The notes below the pieces were generated by a model, which worked only from the letters and a program-made list of their open reading frames with translations, was not told the origin of the DNA and ran no database searches. From the NCBI GenBank assembly GCA_030390025.1, contig CM059432.1, positions 127,784,001-127,848,000 of the forward strand: 64,000 bases of DNA, read 5' to 3'. Positions 37,619 to 50,851 of the stretch are shown here, piece after piece. The position numbers were made by a program, and so were the translations under genes. The stretch's first letter is position 1. Every line of letters starts with the position of its first letter. This DNA comes from Squalus acanthias. Its lineage: Eukaryota.

Positions 37619-38679
37619 GAGTAAGTAGGCAAACAATTCATGTTTCCAACATCAAGATTCCATTCCAAAACATCTGAATAAGGCAGAAGGAATGTATCTG
37701 TGTGGGCTAGTCTGGTTTTGCAGGGAATTTGCTGTGTTTGTGCTCACTGCTGAAGTTTCAGCTGACCAGCTTATTGCTGCAGTTGCCTATATGCAATGAT
37801 GTAGTCTGGTTAATAAACCTCTGGTTGAAAAAAATTGGTCTGACAATTTGTTTGTGTCTTGCTCTACCCAAGCAGAACCCAGTGTCATGTATTTGCTATG
37901 CTTGCTTCCTGCTGTCCTGTTTTCTATAAAAGGCAGAAAGGCAGAACCATACATGGCTACAGAGACCTTGCTACGCACCAGACCTATATTCGGGAAATAT
38001 TTGTTGCTGGGTATATTCAGATGCAAGCTAGAAAACCCTGCATGTTGACATTCAAGTGCTTTCCTCTCTTTTTACCTGCCTCTTAGCCCTGTACTGCTTC
38101 CCGCATCCCCACTCTGCACTGCATTTAACATCGCTACACACCACCTATTGCATCTTACGGACAGTATTTCATATTAGCCAAACAATTTAAGAATGTGCTT
38201 CTGTGCATGCACACTATGGATAATGTAATCAGTGTCGAATGTATGAACACCATATCCAATGTAAATGCAGTGCTCAGTATACATACCCAGCATCTAAGGT
38301 GCATAGGCAGTATCTAATGTCCAATGTATATACACAGTGTTGGTTACGGTATCTAATATATACAGTGTCTGATATTCAGATGGTCGTTAATCTACATAGA
38401 CAAGAATAGACTTTCAAAATCCTCACACGCGGTGAGGTACGTTTCGTACTCCAAACACGAGTCAGAAAATAGCAGGCCGACTGTGTGCAAAGACTCAGGT
38501 AATCTGCCCTGTAATGTCCAATGTATAGAGTTAGTGGAGTGAGATAGTGACCTACAGGTCATGTAACTTTTTTTTCCCTCACTTCATGCAGGGTCTTTTT
38601 GTCCCCGAGACTGAGTTCACCATCAACCTCCAATGCAAAGTGCAAGGAGCTTATTGATTTGCACTCAAAGATTGAGACT

Positions 38680-40470
38680 TGTAGGCTTTGCAAAATCCCC
38701 CAGAAACTTGAATAGAAGCCTAAAAGGGGTGATTTTTGGACTTTTCATACAAACTTGGGATGATGGGACCTAAGTGAAGTGATTTGAGGTAAAAACCTCA
38801 GTTTTGGACATTTTAAAGATCTGGGAAGAAAAAACCCTGAGAAAAATGACTTTTGAATCTTACTGTTGGGAAAGACACCTTTCACAGACACAAGACAGGC
38901 TGCGGAGGGGTGGGGCAAGGCAGTGGACAGCTTTGGGTATTGGGGCCCAGTCAAGCAGTCTGGGAATTGTTTATACTGCAATCCAACCAAGGAGGAAGAG
39001 ACAAACCCAAAACCTCACACACATATCCAAATATGAATAATCCAAGACCCCTTTTGAAATTCCCAGGCCCAAACAGGATACCAGAAGCCTGAAAACAATA
39101 AAAACATCTAGTACACCCATTACTTCATCAAAAACCAATCAACCAGGTATCTACAGGGACAGATTTACAAGCCCGCCAAAAACCTAAGACAATAGGGACA
39201 AGATTTGGCGCGTAGATAAAGGCCCTGCCTAAATGGGAGACATCGGAAGCCATCAGGACAATTTAACACCAAGTTAAAGTCATCAAAACTTAACAAGCCC
39301 GCCAAAACCTAAGACAATGGAATGAACAGGCCTCAACTGAAATCTAAATCACTCCAACACGAAACCGATTTAGTAAAGGGGTTTTTGGGCGCGAAAAAGA
39401 CAAAAGGCCTGAACAGTATAATTGGGGGCCTAATCCCCCAAGAAAGTCAGTTCCAGTGAGTTGCAGCAGGTTCCAGCAAGACACTACAAGCCACACGACA
39501 CGAGCAGGAGGAGGAAAGAAGCAGCAAGGCCACGAGGCAGACCCGAGGCGAGATCGGAGGCAGGGACAGACAAGGCCAGGCAAGGGCTAGAACTGAGACC
39601 ACGAGCTGGGAGCGAGTCGGCATCACTCAACATACAGTCCAGCTCTAGGAGGTACTAGCCAAGGCCACTGGAAGCTGGGAGCGAGTTAGCATCGCTCAAT
39701 CCACAGTCCAGCTCCAGGAGGTACCGCCCCGACAGGCCTCCAACGCAACAAACCAACAACCAGAGCCACCAAGGGCTCCGCGAGGTGAACCGACACTCGA
39801 AAGTCCCACGGAAACCAAGGCCCTGCGCAACAACCAACCACCAGGCAACCACGACCAAGAACCAGACCAACACCAGGGAAAAACCGAAGACACGCAAGTT
39901 TACACACTACAAACTATTCCTGACTTACCCCTGGGTAAGATTTTTCCGTTAAAAAAACTCTAAACCCTACTTCTAAGAAAGAAAATCGGGTGCTCACCTG
40001 ATAGAATCCAAAACGCACCTTATCGCATCAGTGACCTGGAGTGCAGCTGGAGTCTTCTACCATGTCCGGGGTACGGCAGGTCCCAACAATCAAAAACCTT
40101 AGTGAACCCCGAAATCGCGAAATACCTCAACTGTCAAGAACTGTCATTGGTGAGCATTACCCCATATCCTTTGAAATTGAAACCGAGCTAGACAGTGGGA
40201 TTGGGAGGGATAAGGGTTTTTGCATATTGTCATTCTCCCTCGCTTGTACCGTGTGTTCCCCAACCTGTGTTTAAGCATTAAGTGTGTTTTAAGTTTGTTA
40301 CCTTTTTTTCTTTTAATAAAGTCAAAATTCTTTCATCAAAACCTGTTGTCTACTGCATCTTTGTTCACAACCCCTAAATAAGTCCAAAGTCTAGAACCAG
40401 GGGCGTGGGAGCGATTCGAACTGCTCACTGAGTCAGAGGTGGAGGCTGACCCCACACACCACCCCCTACA
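38680..40470 (+). mobile_element. Long solo LTR (1791 bp)
   Basis: TGTAGG...CCTACA termini, GACT TSD, TATAA near 39417, AATAAA at 40315 and internal direct repeats. Confidence 0.85.
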
Positions 40471-41293
40471 GACTGTGCAACTGCCTTAGTCACCCTTCCA
40501 CCTGGCCCAGCCACTTGTCACTTGAGAACTTCTCCCCTATCTGCCTCACAGCACTCTCACCAGGCTCATTTTTTTATGAGACCCACCGTCCTACTCCCTC
40601 AAACTCCTCCCACCCCATTCCTGCTCCAATGTTGAAAGTTATTCCCTTACCCCTTCAAAAGTGTTGTCCGTGCTTACTGCCCATAGGTCCAAAGTCACCT
40701 TTTTCCTCCCTATACTCGTCTGCCTTGCTATTACTTTCTTTTCCTTTGAAAGGTTCCCCATAAACCTATCTTCTTGACCATGCTCTCAGTCATTTCTCAT
40801 ACCCCTTCCACAGCTGCTTGGCATGCATTTCTCTTCTGTGAAACATCTTTGTATGTTTCCTACATTAAAGAAACTCTGTAAGTATGAGTTGCTGCTGTTA
40901 TTGTTTAGCCTCGCACGTATGGCATTTGAAATCCATATTAGGGACTAGAATGTTTATTTTCCATGGAAACTTTTGAGTTCAGTAACTGTGGGTAGAACAA
41001 AATCCAGGAAATTCGAATCTCGGTGAATATTCTTTTAACTGATTGGTTTATTTATTTACTATTTTACACCTCAGAACAAAATTAAGCTCCATACAGAATG
41101 ACAAAGATACTGAAGATCAAACCCAATGGGATGGAATAGTTATACACCATGTAACAAAAGAACTGCATTCAAAAGTGCTCACATTTTCTGAATACATTGT
41201 AATTCAGTTCATTCTAATGATAGGCATCCATTGCTGTCTGATCAGATTCAATTCGTCACTTTGTTTTAAAGCCAAACGATAGATAAAACACTA

Positions 41294-42934
41294 GGGGGCG
41301 AAATTCGGTTACGCCCTGTTTGGGGACGATAACCAAATTAGCGCCAGACATTTAGCGCCCGGCGCGGGAGTACCACCCCAGCCGCTAAATTGGGCTTACC
41401 GCCCTGGCAAGGAAACAGAGCACTATCCCGGGCGCTCCACTTCCTCTCGGGACGGTGTCTGGGGCACAAATCGTGGTGGCACCGGAGCGCTACACGACCG
41501 CTCCGCGTGGCGCTGATGCGTTTCAGGGCCTCTCCCCTTCCGTTAAAGGGGAGGGCCGCTGCACTCTGCAAGCCGTTTGATGGCCCCCACTAGCCCACCA
41601 GGGTGACGGGTGCTGTGGCTGCAGCCCGGCACCGAAATGGGGTGCCAGACGGCGCGATGGCAGCCACCGACCACGCCAAGGGCCACCAAGAGGGGCCGAC
41701 CCAGAGGTCGGCCAAAATAATAAAATGGCAGTGCGGCAGTGTGGCCCGGTTCACGACCCGCGAGTCTGTCGCTGACATTGCCCGCTGCAGCCTCGTGGAG
41801 CGCAACCGGATTTCAGCCGCGAGGCGCTAAGAGGCCGCGGCGGGGTGCTAAGAGGTTGCGTCACTCGGCGATGCCATCATCGCCGGTGGAGTAGCGGCCC
41901 GGGACACTACTGGCTAGCGCCTCAGTAGCGCCCCGCCGAATTTCACGGCAGGCGCTATTAGCGCCCCACCCGAGCAATTAAACCCTTTGGGGGGAAAATT
42001 CGGTTGGTTTGCGCCTCCCATTAGCGCCTTAAGAGGGCACAAAGCAACCAGTGCCCGTGCGTGGTGATGTTTGCGCCGCTCGCGAAATTGATGAGACATT
42101 TTGCGGCGGCGCTAAACACTACCGCCACGATCTCCTGCGCCCGCAGATCATGACGTCAGTCGAGCGTGCAATGCCCCGGTAGTGCCCCGGACCGGATATT
42201 GAGTGGCGCCCCCTGTCTTACCACCTGCCGCGAGCAACGACAGGTTGAGGGGAGCGTTTTGCAGTCGGGAAGGGACTGGGGGAGTGCTATTTAAAGGCGA
42301 CCGCTTCCTGCCTTTTTTTGTCGGCGACATTTTTGCACCACGCATTCTGAGTGAGAGAGACAGACTGCAGGAGATATTCAAAGCTGTGTTGAGGAGTTTT
42401 GGGTACTGAGCAGCACTTTGCAGGTTCTTTCTGATTTGATCTTCCTTGCATCGATTTAGAAGAGACTGTGGGGGTTGCACTCTGAGCTCTTTCCCTGGGG
42501 CTCTCCATTGTTCTTTCCAACAGATTTGATGTACAGGTCTCTCCAGGCCGAGATTCAAGGCTGCAATGAGCAGGGTGTGGATGGAGAGCAAGATCAACCC
42601 TCCCCTTTAAGAACTGGCCAGCGCCAGTGTGTCTGTGTTCCATTACTGACTGACATCATATGAGCTTCGCCAGCGCTCTGAGGTAGCGCCTCGCTCCTCG
42701 GCGTTAGCGCCTTAAGAGAGGTGTGTAGCGCCTGATTTAGCACTCTAATCACCTCCAGGGGCGATAGAAGCCAAGTTTGCAGTCGGAGGCGACAATCAGT
42801 GCCAGGCGCTAAACTTTGCGCCCAGCCGATAATCGCGCCCCAAGCGGGGCGATACTGAATTTCTCCCCCTTTGTGCCCCGTTAGCACCCCCCGGAGGCGC
42901 TAACGGCGGGCGCAAAGGAGGCGAATTTCGCCCC
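41294..42934. mobile_element. Harbinger MITE containing a nested MITE
   Basis: TIRs GGGGCGAAATTC / GAATTTCGCCCC with an imperfect TSD. Related to 10498-11214 in the opposite orientation. Confidence 0.8.
41989..42869. mobile_element. Non-autonomous Harbinger element (~880-bp family), nested
   Basis: TIRs GGGGGGAAAATTC / GAATTTCTCCCCC, TTT TSD. Confidence 0.92.
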
Positions 42935-44186
42935 TTATTTTCTTAAGCATAACCTTTTCACTACATTGGAAACTGGAATGCAAAAATACTGAAAATCAGA
43001 CATGCACGTTGTTAAAAAAAAGGAAGAAATTAGGCTTATTTCTAACTAAATATGTTTGCTAAAATTACATAAAATTTTTTACAATCTTATGCAAATACTT
43101 CAATGCTTCAATGTCATAATCCTTGTAGTTTTTATTCCCAGTTGATAGTGTAGACTGGACACTGTAGTGGAAACTACCTCCTAAATACTTAGCCCACATA
43201 AATGGCAAAATGATGCTTGCATTTGAAGAGCAGCTGCTGGAGACTGAGATTGGCTAAATCTCAGTGACAAGGTCATTTCTGATCTGAAGCCCACCGTACT
43301 CACAATTCATCTCTGGAACCAGCAGGGACATTACTGTCTAACTCCTGCTGAGTCAGTAGAATGTAGAAAAGTTGGGTACTTGCACCGAGAAACCACGAGT
43401 ATGGTTGGCTGAGCATTACAAAACAGAGTCAAAGGACCGTTACTAAAATTCTAACCCGTGCCACACCTGCCCTGGGAGTGCTGGCTCCTGTAACTGGATG
43501 CGAGAATGGGAAATGTTCCATTTCCTATCACTAAAATCTATCAAATTGAGTATTCTGACATACTGTATTACCCAGCCCCACTTTTAATTTAAAAAAAGCG
43601 ATTCAAGAGTACAGGTACACTAAAAGTCAGCTAATGCAGTTAATAGCCATAAACAGACTTTAATATGCTAGACGTTGGTGAAAAGTGTTGGTCTACAAGC
43701 AAAGGAATCTCGGGCTGTGAAAAAACATTGAACCATTCGACTGTAACAGAAACACATAAAGCTGGAAACGCAGAGCAGGTCAATCAGCATTTGTGGAGAG
43801 AACTGATTGTCGACAATTCCCTAAACCCCTCTGCCTCTCCACCTTCCTCTCCACCTTCAGGTCCCTCCTCAAAAGGCAAAATTGAACAAGCTTTTGGTCG
43901 CCCCTCCTAATATCTCTTTCTTTGGCTCAGCATTCATTTTTGTCTGATTGCGCCTCTGTGAAGCGCCTTGGGACATTTTTCTACTTTAAAGATGCTAAAT
44001 AAATTCAAATGATTGTTATTGTTTTACCCATTCTACTGAGTTCCCTTCTGTTTTAGAGCTGTTTCCTTACCTTTTTTTCTTTCTGGTGTCTTTTCATAGC
44101 CCAATTGTCCATTTTTGATTACACCTTTGTGATGTTTTTCTATGTTAAAGACTCTATATAAATGCAATTTCTTGTTATAGAGTCTT

Positions 44187-45024
44187 GGGGGGAATTTTCC
44201 CAGCCCTGGGGAGGCGGGTATGGAGGCGGGACTGCTGGGAAAATGGCAGAAACTGGGAGCGGGTACCGAACCCGCTCCCAACCCGCCTCCGTGCCAGCTT
44301 CCCAGGAGCCGGGTCCCCGACTCGCGCAGGGACCCGGCTCCTCGAGGCAGGAAGGGGATTAGAGCCAATTAACTGCTTGTTAACAGGTAGTTAACAGGCA
44401 GTTTTGAGGCTTATCCCCAGTTTACCAACACAAGTGCGGGCTTCCCGATGGCTGCAAACCTCGCCAGGGTCAGCGAGGCGAGCAGTGGGTCTGCGGGGAT
44501 GAGAGGGATCGAAAAGTCCGCTGTAGAGGTGAGTGATGTGTGCAAGTGTGGAGAGGTAAGTATGAGAGGTGAGTGTAAAGTGTTTGAAAAAGTTTACTTA
44601 CCTTTGTTTCTTCCTGCAGGCTTCAACCCTTGGGGATCCGGAGGTGCCTCATCTCAACGGCAGAGTTGACAGAATGGCTGCTGCATTCTCAGATGCACCA
44701 GCCATCTGATTTCTGCTGAGGAAAGAGGTTTTGGTGAGCCGTCAGTGCAAGGGCTCACCTTAGAACAGAAATTGTCAGTGTTTGACAGCATCTCAAAGCT
44801 GACAATTCATCTGTCAAAAAATTTTCGACAGATGAAACGTCATATGCTGACATCCTCTGTCACCGGCTTTCCCTTAATTGGCCGGCTAAGCCCGCAGGAC
44901 GGGCTTAACAAAGGTCAATCAAGGGAAAATAGCGTGGGTTGGCCGGACATCATTGGGGGCAGGACTGAAACCCGAAAAACAGCAGTCCCGCCACCAACAC
45001 GCCCCCATTGACAAAATCCAGCCC
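44187..45024. mobile_element. Harbinger-type MITE (GGGCTG TIR lineage)
   Basis: GGGGGGAATTTT ... AAAATCCAGCCC with GGCGGG/CCCGCC motifs. Sits in the ATAGAGTC tail of a CR1. Confidence 0.8.
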
Positions 45025-45035
45025 ATAGAGTCATA

Positions 45036-45927
45036 GGGGGAAAAATTCAGTATCGCCCCGTTTGGGGCGCAATTATCGGCCGGGCGCAAAGATTAGCGCC
45101 TGGCGCTAATTATCGCCTCCGACTGCAAACTTGACTTTTATCGCCCCTGGAGGTGATTGGAGCGCTAAATCAGGCGCTACACATCTATCTTAAGGCGCAA
45201 AGACAGAGGAGCGAGGCGCTAACTCAGAGCGCTGGCGAAGCTCATGTGATGTCAGTCAGCAATGGAACACAGACACAATGGCGCCGGCCAGTTCTTAAAG
45301 GGGAGGGTTGATCTTGCTTTCCATCCACACCCTGCTCATTGCAGCCTTGAATCTCGGCCTGGAGAGACCTGTACATCAAATCTGCTGGAAAGAACAATGG
45401 AGAGAACCAGGGAAAGAGCTCAGAGTGCAACCCCCACAGTCTCTTCTAAATCAATACAAGGAAGGGCAAATCAAAATGAACCTGCAAAGTGCTGCTCAGT
45501 ACCCAAAACTCCTTCACACAGCGTTGGATCTCTCCAGAAGTCTCTCTCTCTCTCTCTCAGAATGCATGGTTCAAAAATGTCACCAACAAAAAAAGGCAGG
45601 AAGCGGTCGCCTTTAAATAGCGTTCTCCCAGTCCCTTCCTGACTGCAAAACGCTCCCCTCAACCTGTCGTTGCTAGCGGCAGGGGTAAGGCAGGGGGCGC
45701 CACTCAATATCCGCTCTGAGGCGCTACCGGGGCGTTGCGCATTCGACTGACGTCACGATCTGCTGGCGCAGGAGATCGTAGCGGTAGTGTTTAGCGCCGC
45801 CGCAAAATGTCTAGTTAATTTCGCGAGCGGCGCAAACATCACCGTGCCCGGGCGCTAGTTGCTTTGCGCCCTATTAGCGCCCTCTTAAGGCGCTAACGGG
45901 AGGTGCAACCAACTGAATTTTTCCCCC
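45036..45927. mobile_element. Non-autonomous Harbinger element (~880-bp family), inverted relative to 41989-42869
   Basis: TIRs GGGGGAAAAATTC / GAATTTTTCCCCC, ATA TSD. Confidence 0.93.
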
Positions 45928-46087
45928 ATAGAGTCATAACGGCACAGAAGGAGGCCATTCGGCCCATCAATTCCGTGCCGGCTCTCTGTAGAGCAATCCA
46001 GTCAGTCCCATTCCCCCGCTTTATCCCCGTAGCCCTGCAAGTTTATTTCCCTCAAGTGCCTATCCAGTCTCCCCTTGAAAACATTGA
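45928..46087 (-). mobile_element. CR1 LINE 3' end (continues at 52861)
   Basis: CATAGAGT tail and GAGGCCATTCGGCCCATC. The sequence resumes colinearly after the Harbinger. Confidence 0.85.
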
Positions 46088-46095
46088 GGCTGTCA

Positions 46096-47333
46096 TGTGA
46101 AGGAATACCCTATAACCTTTTTAGAAAAATATACTATATAAGATAAATACACTATAGCCTTTTTAGAAAAATACGCTTTATAACTTTTTAAAGGAAGGCA
46201 TGGCAAGCTGGATTTGGAAATCCTACCTTCTGAAAGAATTCTGGCCTCGTTGAGATAAGACAGTAGTTAACCCCGAAGAGTTCCTTATAAGGAACTCTAC
46301 CTTATAAATTCTTTGGAACATGACAAACTGGGTTTGGAAATTTAGAAACCTAACTATGAAATAGCTATGATAGAATTCTGGCTATTGAAATAGGACAAGT
46401 TGTTGACCCTGAATAAGTAACCTTATTGAAACAGAAGAATGGGTGGCCCCGAATGGGTAACCTTATTAAAATAAGACAATGGTCAACCCTGGATGAATGA
46501 TCTTGATTAAAACCTCTTGAGAATGACATGAGGTAAGGTACATCTGCCCTTTGCCCACATATGGTAAACTCCCAATAGCTATTGATGATGTGGCAGTAAG
46601 AATTTCAGTAGGTCAGCTAAAAGATGATTAGTGATAGTTAACTTGGATTAACAGAAACCTTATGAAAAACAACTGAAAAAGGGGTATAAATATTGGAGTC
46701 TCGAATGAGATAATCAGACTCGCTTTAACGGGCAAAGCGATTCTCGACTACAGGGTTCTTCACTCTTTTGTACCTCGGGGATTGAAGGTAACTGCTACCT
46801 TGATAATTGATGGATATCCTGTAATAAGACAAGTTTAAGAACTGAAATACTGTAGCGAAGTTAAGATTTATAAGTAGGATTCTCTGTTAAGAATAAGATC
46901 GTATTTTTTCTCTTTTTAAAACTGTTAATGTTGCGATTTGACTGATTCACCAACTGTAAATTGCATGTCGTTTTTTTAATAAATCTCTATATATTTTTAG
47001 AATTGTCTCATATAAGTTTTCTGTATCAATATCTCACGAACCCAATCTTTGTACACTCTTTGGTGAAGAATTACATTTTCTGAAGGAAATCTCCGGACCC
47101 TCATAATATCCGGGACTTTACTGTCTGGCTAAACTTATTAAAAGTGCTATCTGGAGGACGGTAACATTCTCGGGTTGTTCCTTTCCTTTAGGGAGAGATA
47201 GCCCGGACCTTTAGACCCAGTTAAGCGTCTTTAGGATTCGACTAACTCAACCTTTAGTTGAAGGTGAACATCTGAGAAATATGCCTGATCCAGGATAGCC
47301 CCAAAAGGGCTAGGACAAGTAAAATTCCTTTCA
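46096..47333 (+). mobile_element. Solo LTR (1238 bp)
   Basis: TGTGAAGGAAT...ATTCCTTTCA termini, GTCA TSD, TATAAATA near 46685 and AATAAA near 46978. Confidence 0.9.
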
Positions 47334-47545
47334 GTCAGGCGGGATAAATTTGCGATTTTGCCCGAATTAGCCAATTGATTCCCTGCGTGTGCGCTCCCCT
47401 GGCACAATTAGTCTTTTGGGTCTGAAACTCGCCTCTGCTGACGTCATTTATCCAGCTGCTTTTAAGGGCTCCAAGCAGCCTTGGTTCATTTTCTACCTCT
47501 GTACTTCCAGAGTGACTACTTTGCTAATTGTTTGATACTCCTGAA

Positions 47546-50500
47546 ATGTCTAGCTCAAGGCCCAAGGCCTCATCTAGCTTTGATGATGACTGCCTCCATG
47601 CTCTGGTGGAGGGAGCCAGAGCTCTTTCCTTCCTCTGGGAGGTTAAAACCTCCCCAGCAGACCAAAGCTGTGTGGCTGCAACTGGCACAGGAGGTAAGCT
47701 CCAGATCGTTGTGCAGCAGAACCTGGCTGCAGTGCCGAAAGAGGTTCAATGACCTTGTCCGCACAGGAAGAGTGAGTATACCATCACTTTTACCCTCATT
47801 CTGCTCCCCATCTCCTCTCAGCATCAGCACGCTGCATTGTCAACCTACTCCTACACATCCCACTTTACCCTTACATCCCTTGCACCCTTAACCATCCCTC
47901 TCTCTCTCTCTCTATGTACACAATCACTTCACTATTCGACTATGCTGCCCTCATACTCCCTATCACTGTTATGCAATGACAACAACTAACAACACACAGG
48001 GAGGGCTCTTGGTATTGGGACCTCACTCATCTTTGTCTCCTTCTAAGCATCTATGCTATGGATTCTCTATACTCACTCCATCATTCTCACTCAAAACTCC
48101 ACTTGTGTCCCTCATTGCAGGAAAAGAGGAAAAGGGCAAAGACAGGAGGAGGGCCACCCTCAATAACCCATCTTGTGAAGGAATACGCCATATTCAGAAA
48201 AATACACCATCCTATGAAAGAATTCTGACTTTATTAAACATGACAAACTGGGCTTGGAAATCTGAAAGCCTCAACAATCAGAAGCTGTAAACAGCATACA
48301 GGCTTTTGAGATAAGATAAGTTGTTGACACTGAAACAATAGCCTCATTGAAACAGAAGGTTGGAGGCTCCTAGAAGTCTGCAGCTTTGGAAAAAAGACAA
48401 TACCATACCCAGTTAAAGGTGTCTTCAACCAACACTTTGAAATGAAACACAGAAAGATAAAGAAACATATGGCTTCATAAATATGACATCAAATGAAACA
48501 CGGAGACACGAGTCTGTAATACAACCAACTGAGGTAGCTAAGAAGACAATGATGCACCCGGTCGAGGTATTCTAAATGCAAAAGATACAAACAGAAGACT
48601 TTCGTAAGAATGATATCAACAGATGCAACAGCCATCACATTGCTTTTGTGTTGAACTTGGAACACCTAGGAGACACGAAGTCTGTGTTGCAACCAGCTAA
48701 GGTGACTTAAGAATTGAATAGAAGACCTTCGTAAGAATGACATCAAATAGATACATCTGTTACAACCGTTTTTTATGATAAACTTGAGACACCTACACAG
48801 CAGACATAATTCTGCAAGCTACAAGCTGAACTAACTGTAAGAATAGCAGGGGTCAACAGAAAAATGACTAGAGATAATTAGCTTACATCAGCAGAAAACT
48901 TCAAAGGATATACCACTGAGAAAGAGTATAAATATAGAACTTTCAAATAGGAAGATAGAGTCGCTTGAAGGGGCAAAGCGGTTCTCAGGCTTCAGAGGCA
49001 AGCTCTGTAAGTTTTCAACTCTTTAAGACTCGGGGATCAAAGGTACTTGTATTTGATTTTGGTGGATATCATGGAATAGACTAAGAACTGTAAAAATGTA
49101 ACGAAGTTAAGATTTGAGAATAAAGATCTCTGATAATAAGAATTGTAAGTTTTCTGTTTTTGGAATTGTTAAAGTTGCGATTGAATCACCAACTGTAATT
49201 ATATGTCGGTTCTTTAATAAATCTATATATTTTTAGAATTATCTCAAATAGTACTTCTGTATCAAACTCGCGAACTCAATCTCTGTACACTCTTTGGTGA
49301 GAAGTTGCAGAATTCTGGGGGGAGTTTTCCGGACCCTCATAATAGGTTACAGTCTAGTTAAACTTATTAAAAGTGCTATCTGGAGGACGGTAACATCTTC
49401 ACGTTGTTCCTTTCCTTTAGGGAGAGATAGTCTGGACCTTTAGACCCAATTAAGCGTCTTTAGGATTTGGCTACCTCTAACTTTAGTTGAAGATGAACGT
49501 CTGGGGAATACACCTGATCCGGAGTAGCCCGAAAGGGGCTAGGGCTAGTAATAATCCTTTCAATCTCACCAGCGCTGAGGAGGCGGCCGTAGAGATCGTT
49601 GGAGCCGAGGAGGATCTGGAAGTGGGGGACGGACAGACGGGCGCATCAGAGCAAGCTTGGGACAGAATAGTTTTGCATCTCTCTCATTTACATTGCATAA
49701 GTGACTGATATGGCTTCTGATGCTCATACAGATTGACTTATGATCATCAGTACAAGTCCATGTGCATGCTACATTAATATCACATGTCTAACTCATGCCT
49801 TTACTCCCCCACAGGACCATCGACAAACCCCCTCCCCACTGTCCAGGAGGAAGAGCTGGAGCCAGAAGACTCCTCAGAGGAAACTGCAACCTCTGAGGGC
49901 GCAGCATCAGCAGAATTAAGCGCACCCAGCACCAGCGCAGAAACGCACACCTCGGTGGGACCTTCGGGAGATAGAGAAGCGTTGTCACCTGCTGTATCAC
50001 AGCTCACAAGTGAGCATCAGCAGATGGTGGAGACAGGGACAGCAGTGGAGAGTGCTCGTTGGAGGCCGCAGGGCACTCCCAGCTCTGCTCAGCTGCATGT
50101 GGACCCTGTGCTTCTGGGTCCATCCAGAAAGAGAGTGGTGCTAGAACTCCAGGAACAAATGCAGGAGTCTCTGGCAGGTTTTGCATCCAGGGTAACTGCG
50201 AATGTGAAGTGGATGGAGGACTCCATGTCTAACATGAGCAGTGCCTTTGTGGAGGCAATGGCGCATGAACGCACCACCACGAAAAGGATGGCAACCTCCG
50301 TGGAAAGGCTGGCTACAGCCATGGAGGAAATAAGTTGCCAGAGTCTGGAAAACATGGTGATTGTTCAGAATAGACTGACATCTCTGGAGGAGGGATGGGC
50401 AGCTATTGTGCAGAGAAACCAGAGCTTCATGGAAGTCCTTTTGAGTAGGACTGCCAGTGCAGATACGGGTCCTCATGACCCCCCTGATATGCAGCAAGGT

Positions 50501-50851
50501 GCTGTCAAGCCACTTGCTAGCACTGAAGTGGGGCTGACCCATGAGAGGGATGTTGGTGGCAGGCAACAAGGAAGTGGGGGCTCCTCTCCAAGCGCTCACA
50601 CTCCCATGCCACTGAGTAGCCCTCGATCAGAGCCCCACCAGAGTCCTCACCCAACTGAGATGGGTATCTCAGCCCCTGCACAGACGCAGGAGGAGCAGAC
50701 TGTTGACGAACCCTCACAGGCTCGCAAACCCAGAGGATGCCTGTCGAAGCAGGAGCAGCATGAAAGTGAGCAAGGTGCCTCCACATCTGCTAAAGCCACA
50801 GGGGAGGCACCACGTAGAAGCACGCGTAGGAGGAAGATAAAGCACAATTAG
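47546..50851 (+). pseudogene. Harbinger Myb/SANT-like gene, 3 exons (47546-47771; 48121-48173 + 49567-49657; 49815-50851)
   Basis: WLQLAQEVSSRS...RTWLQCRKRFNDL followed by gtgagt. Frameshift in exon 1, exon 2 split by an LTR, exon 3 open for about 345 codons ending RRSTRRRKIKHN. Confidence 0.88.
48174..49562 (+). mobile_element. Solo LTR (1389 bp), related to 46096-47333
   Basis: TGTGAAGGAAT...ATCCTTTCA termini, ATCT TSD, TATAAATA near 48927 and AATAAA near 49216. Confidence 0.92.

Noticed and set aside
39344..39907. Several short hydrophobic minus-strand ORFs
   Set aside because: They are by-products of the A/C-rich strand bias inside the solo LTR.
41294..42934. Host CpG-island promoter (also 1-785, 10498-11214, 45036-45927)
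   Set aside because: The CpG-rich blocks coincide with TIR-bounded multi-copy MITEs.
46096..49562. A single LTR retrotransposon that captured a Myb exon
   Set aside because: Each LTR has its own TSD, their U3 regions differ, and the intervening DNA is contiguous Harbinger sequence.
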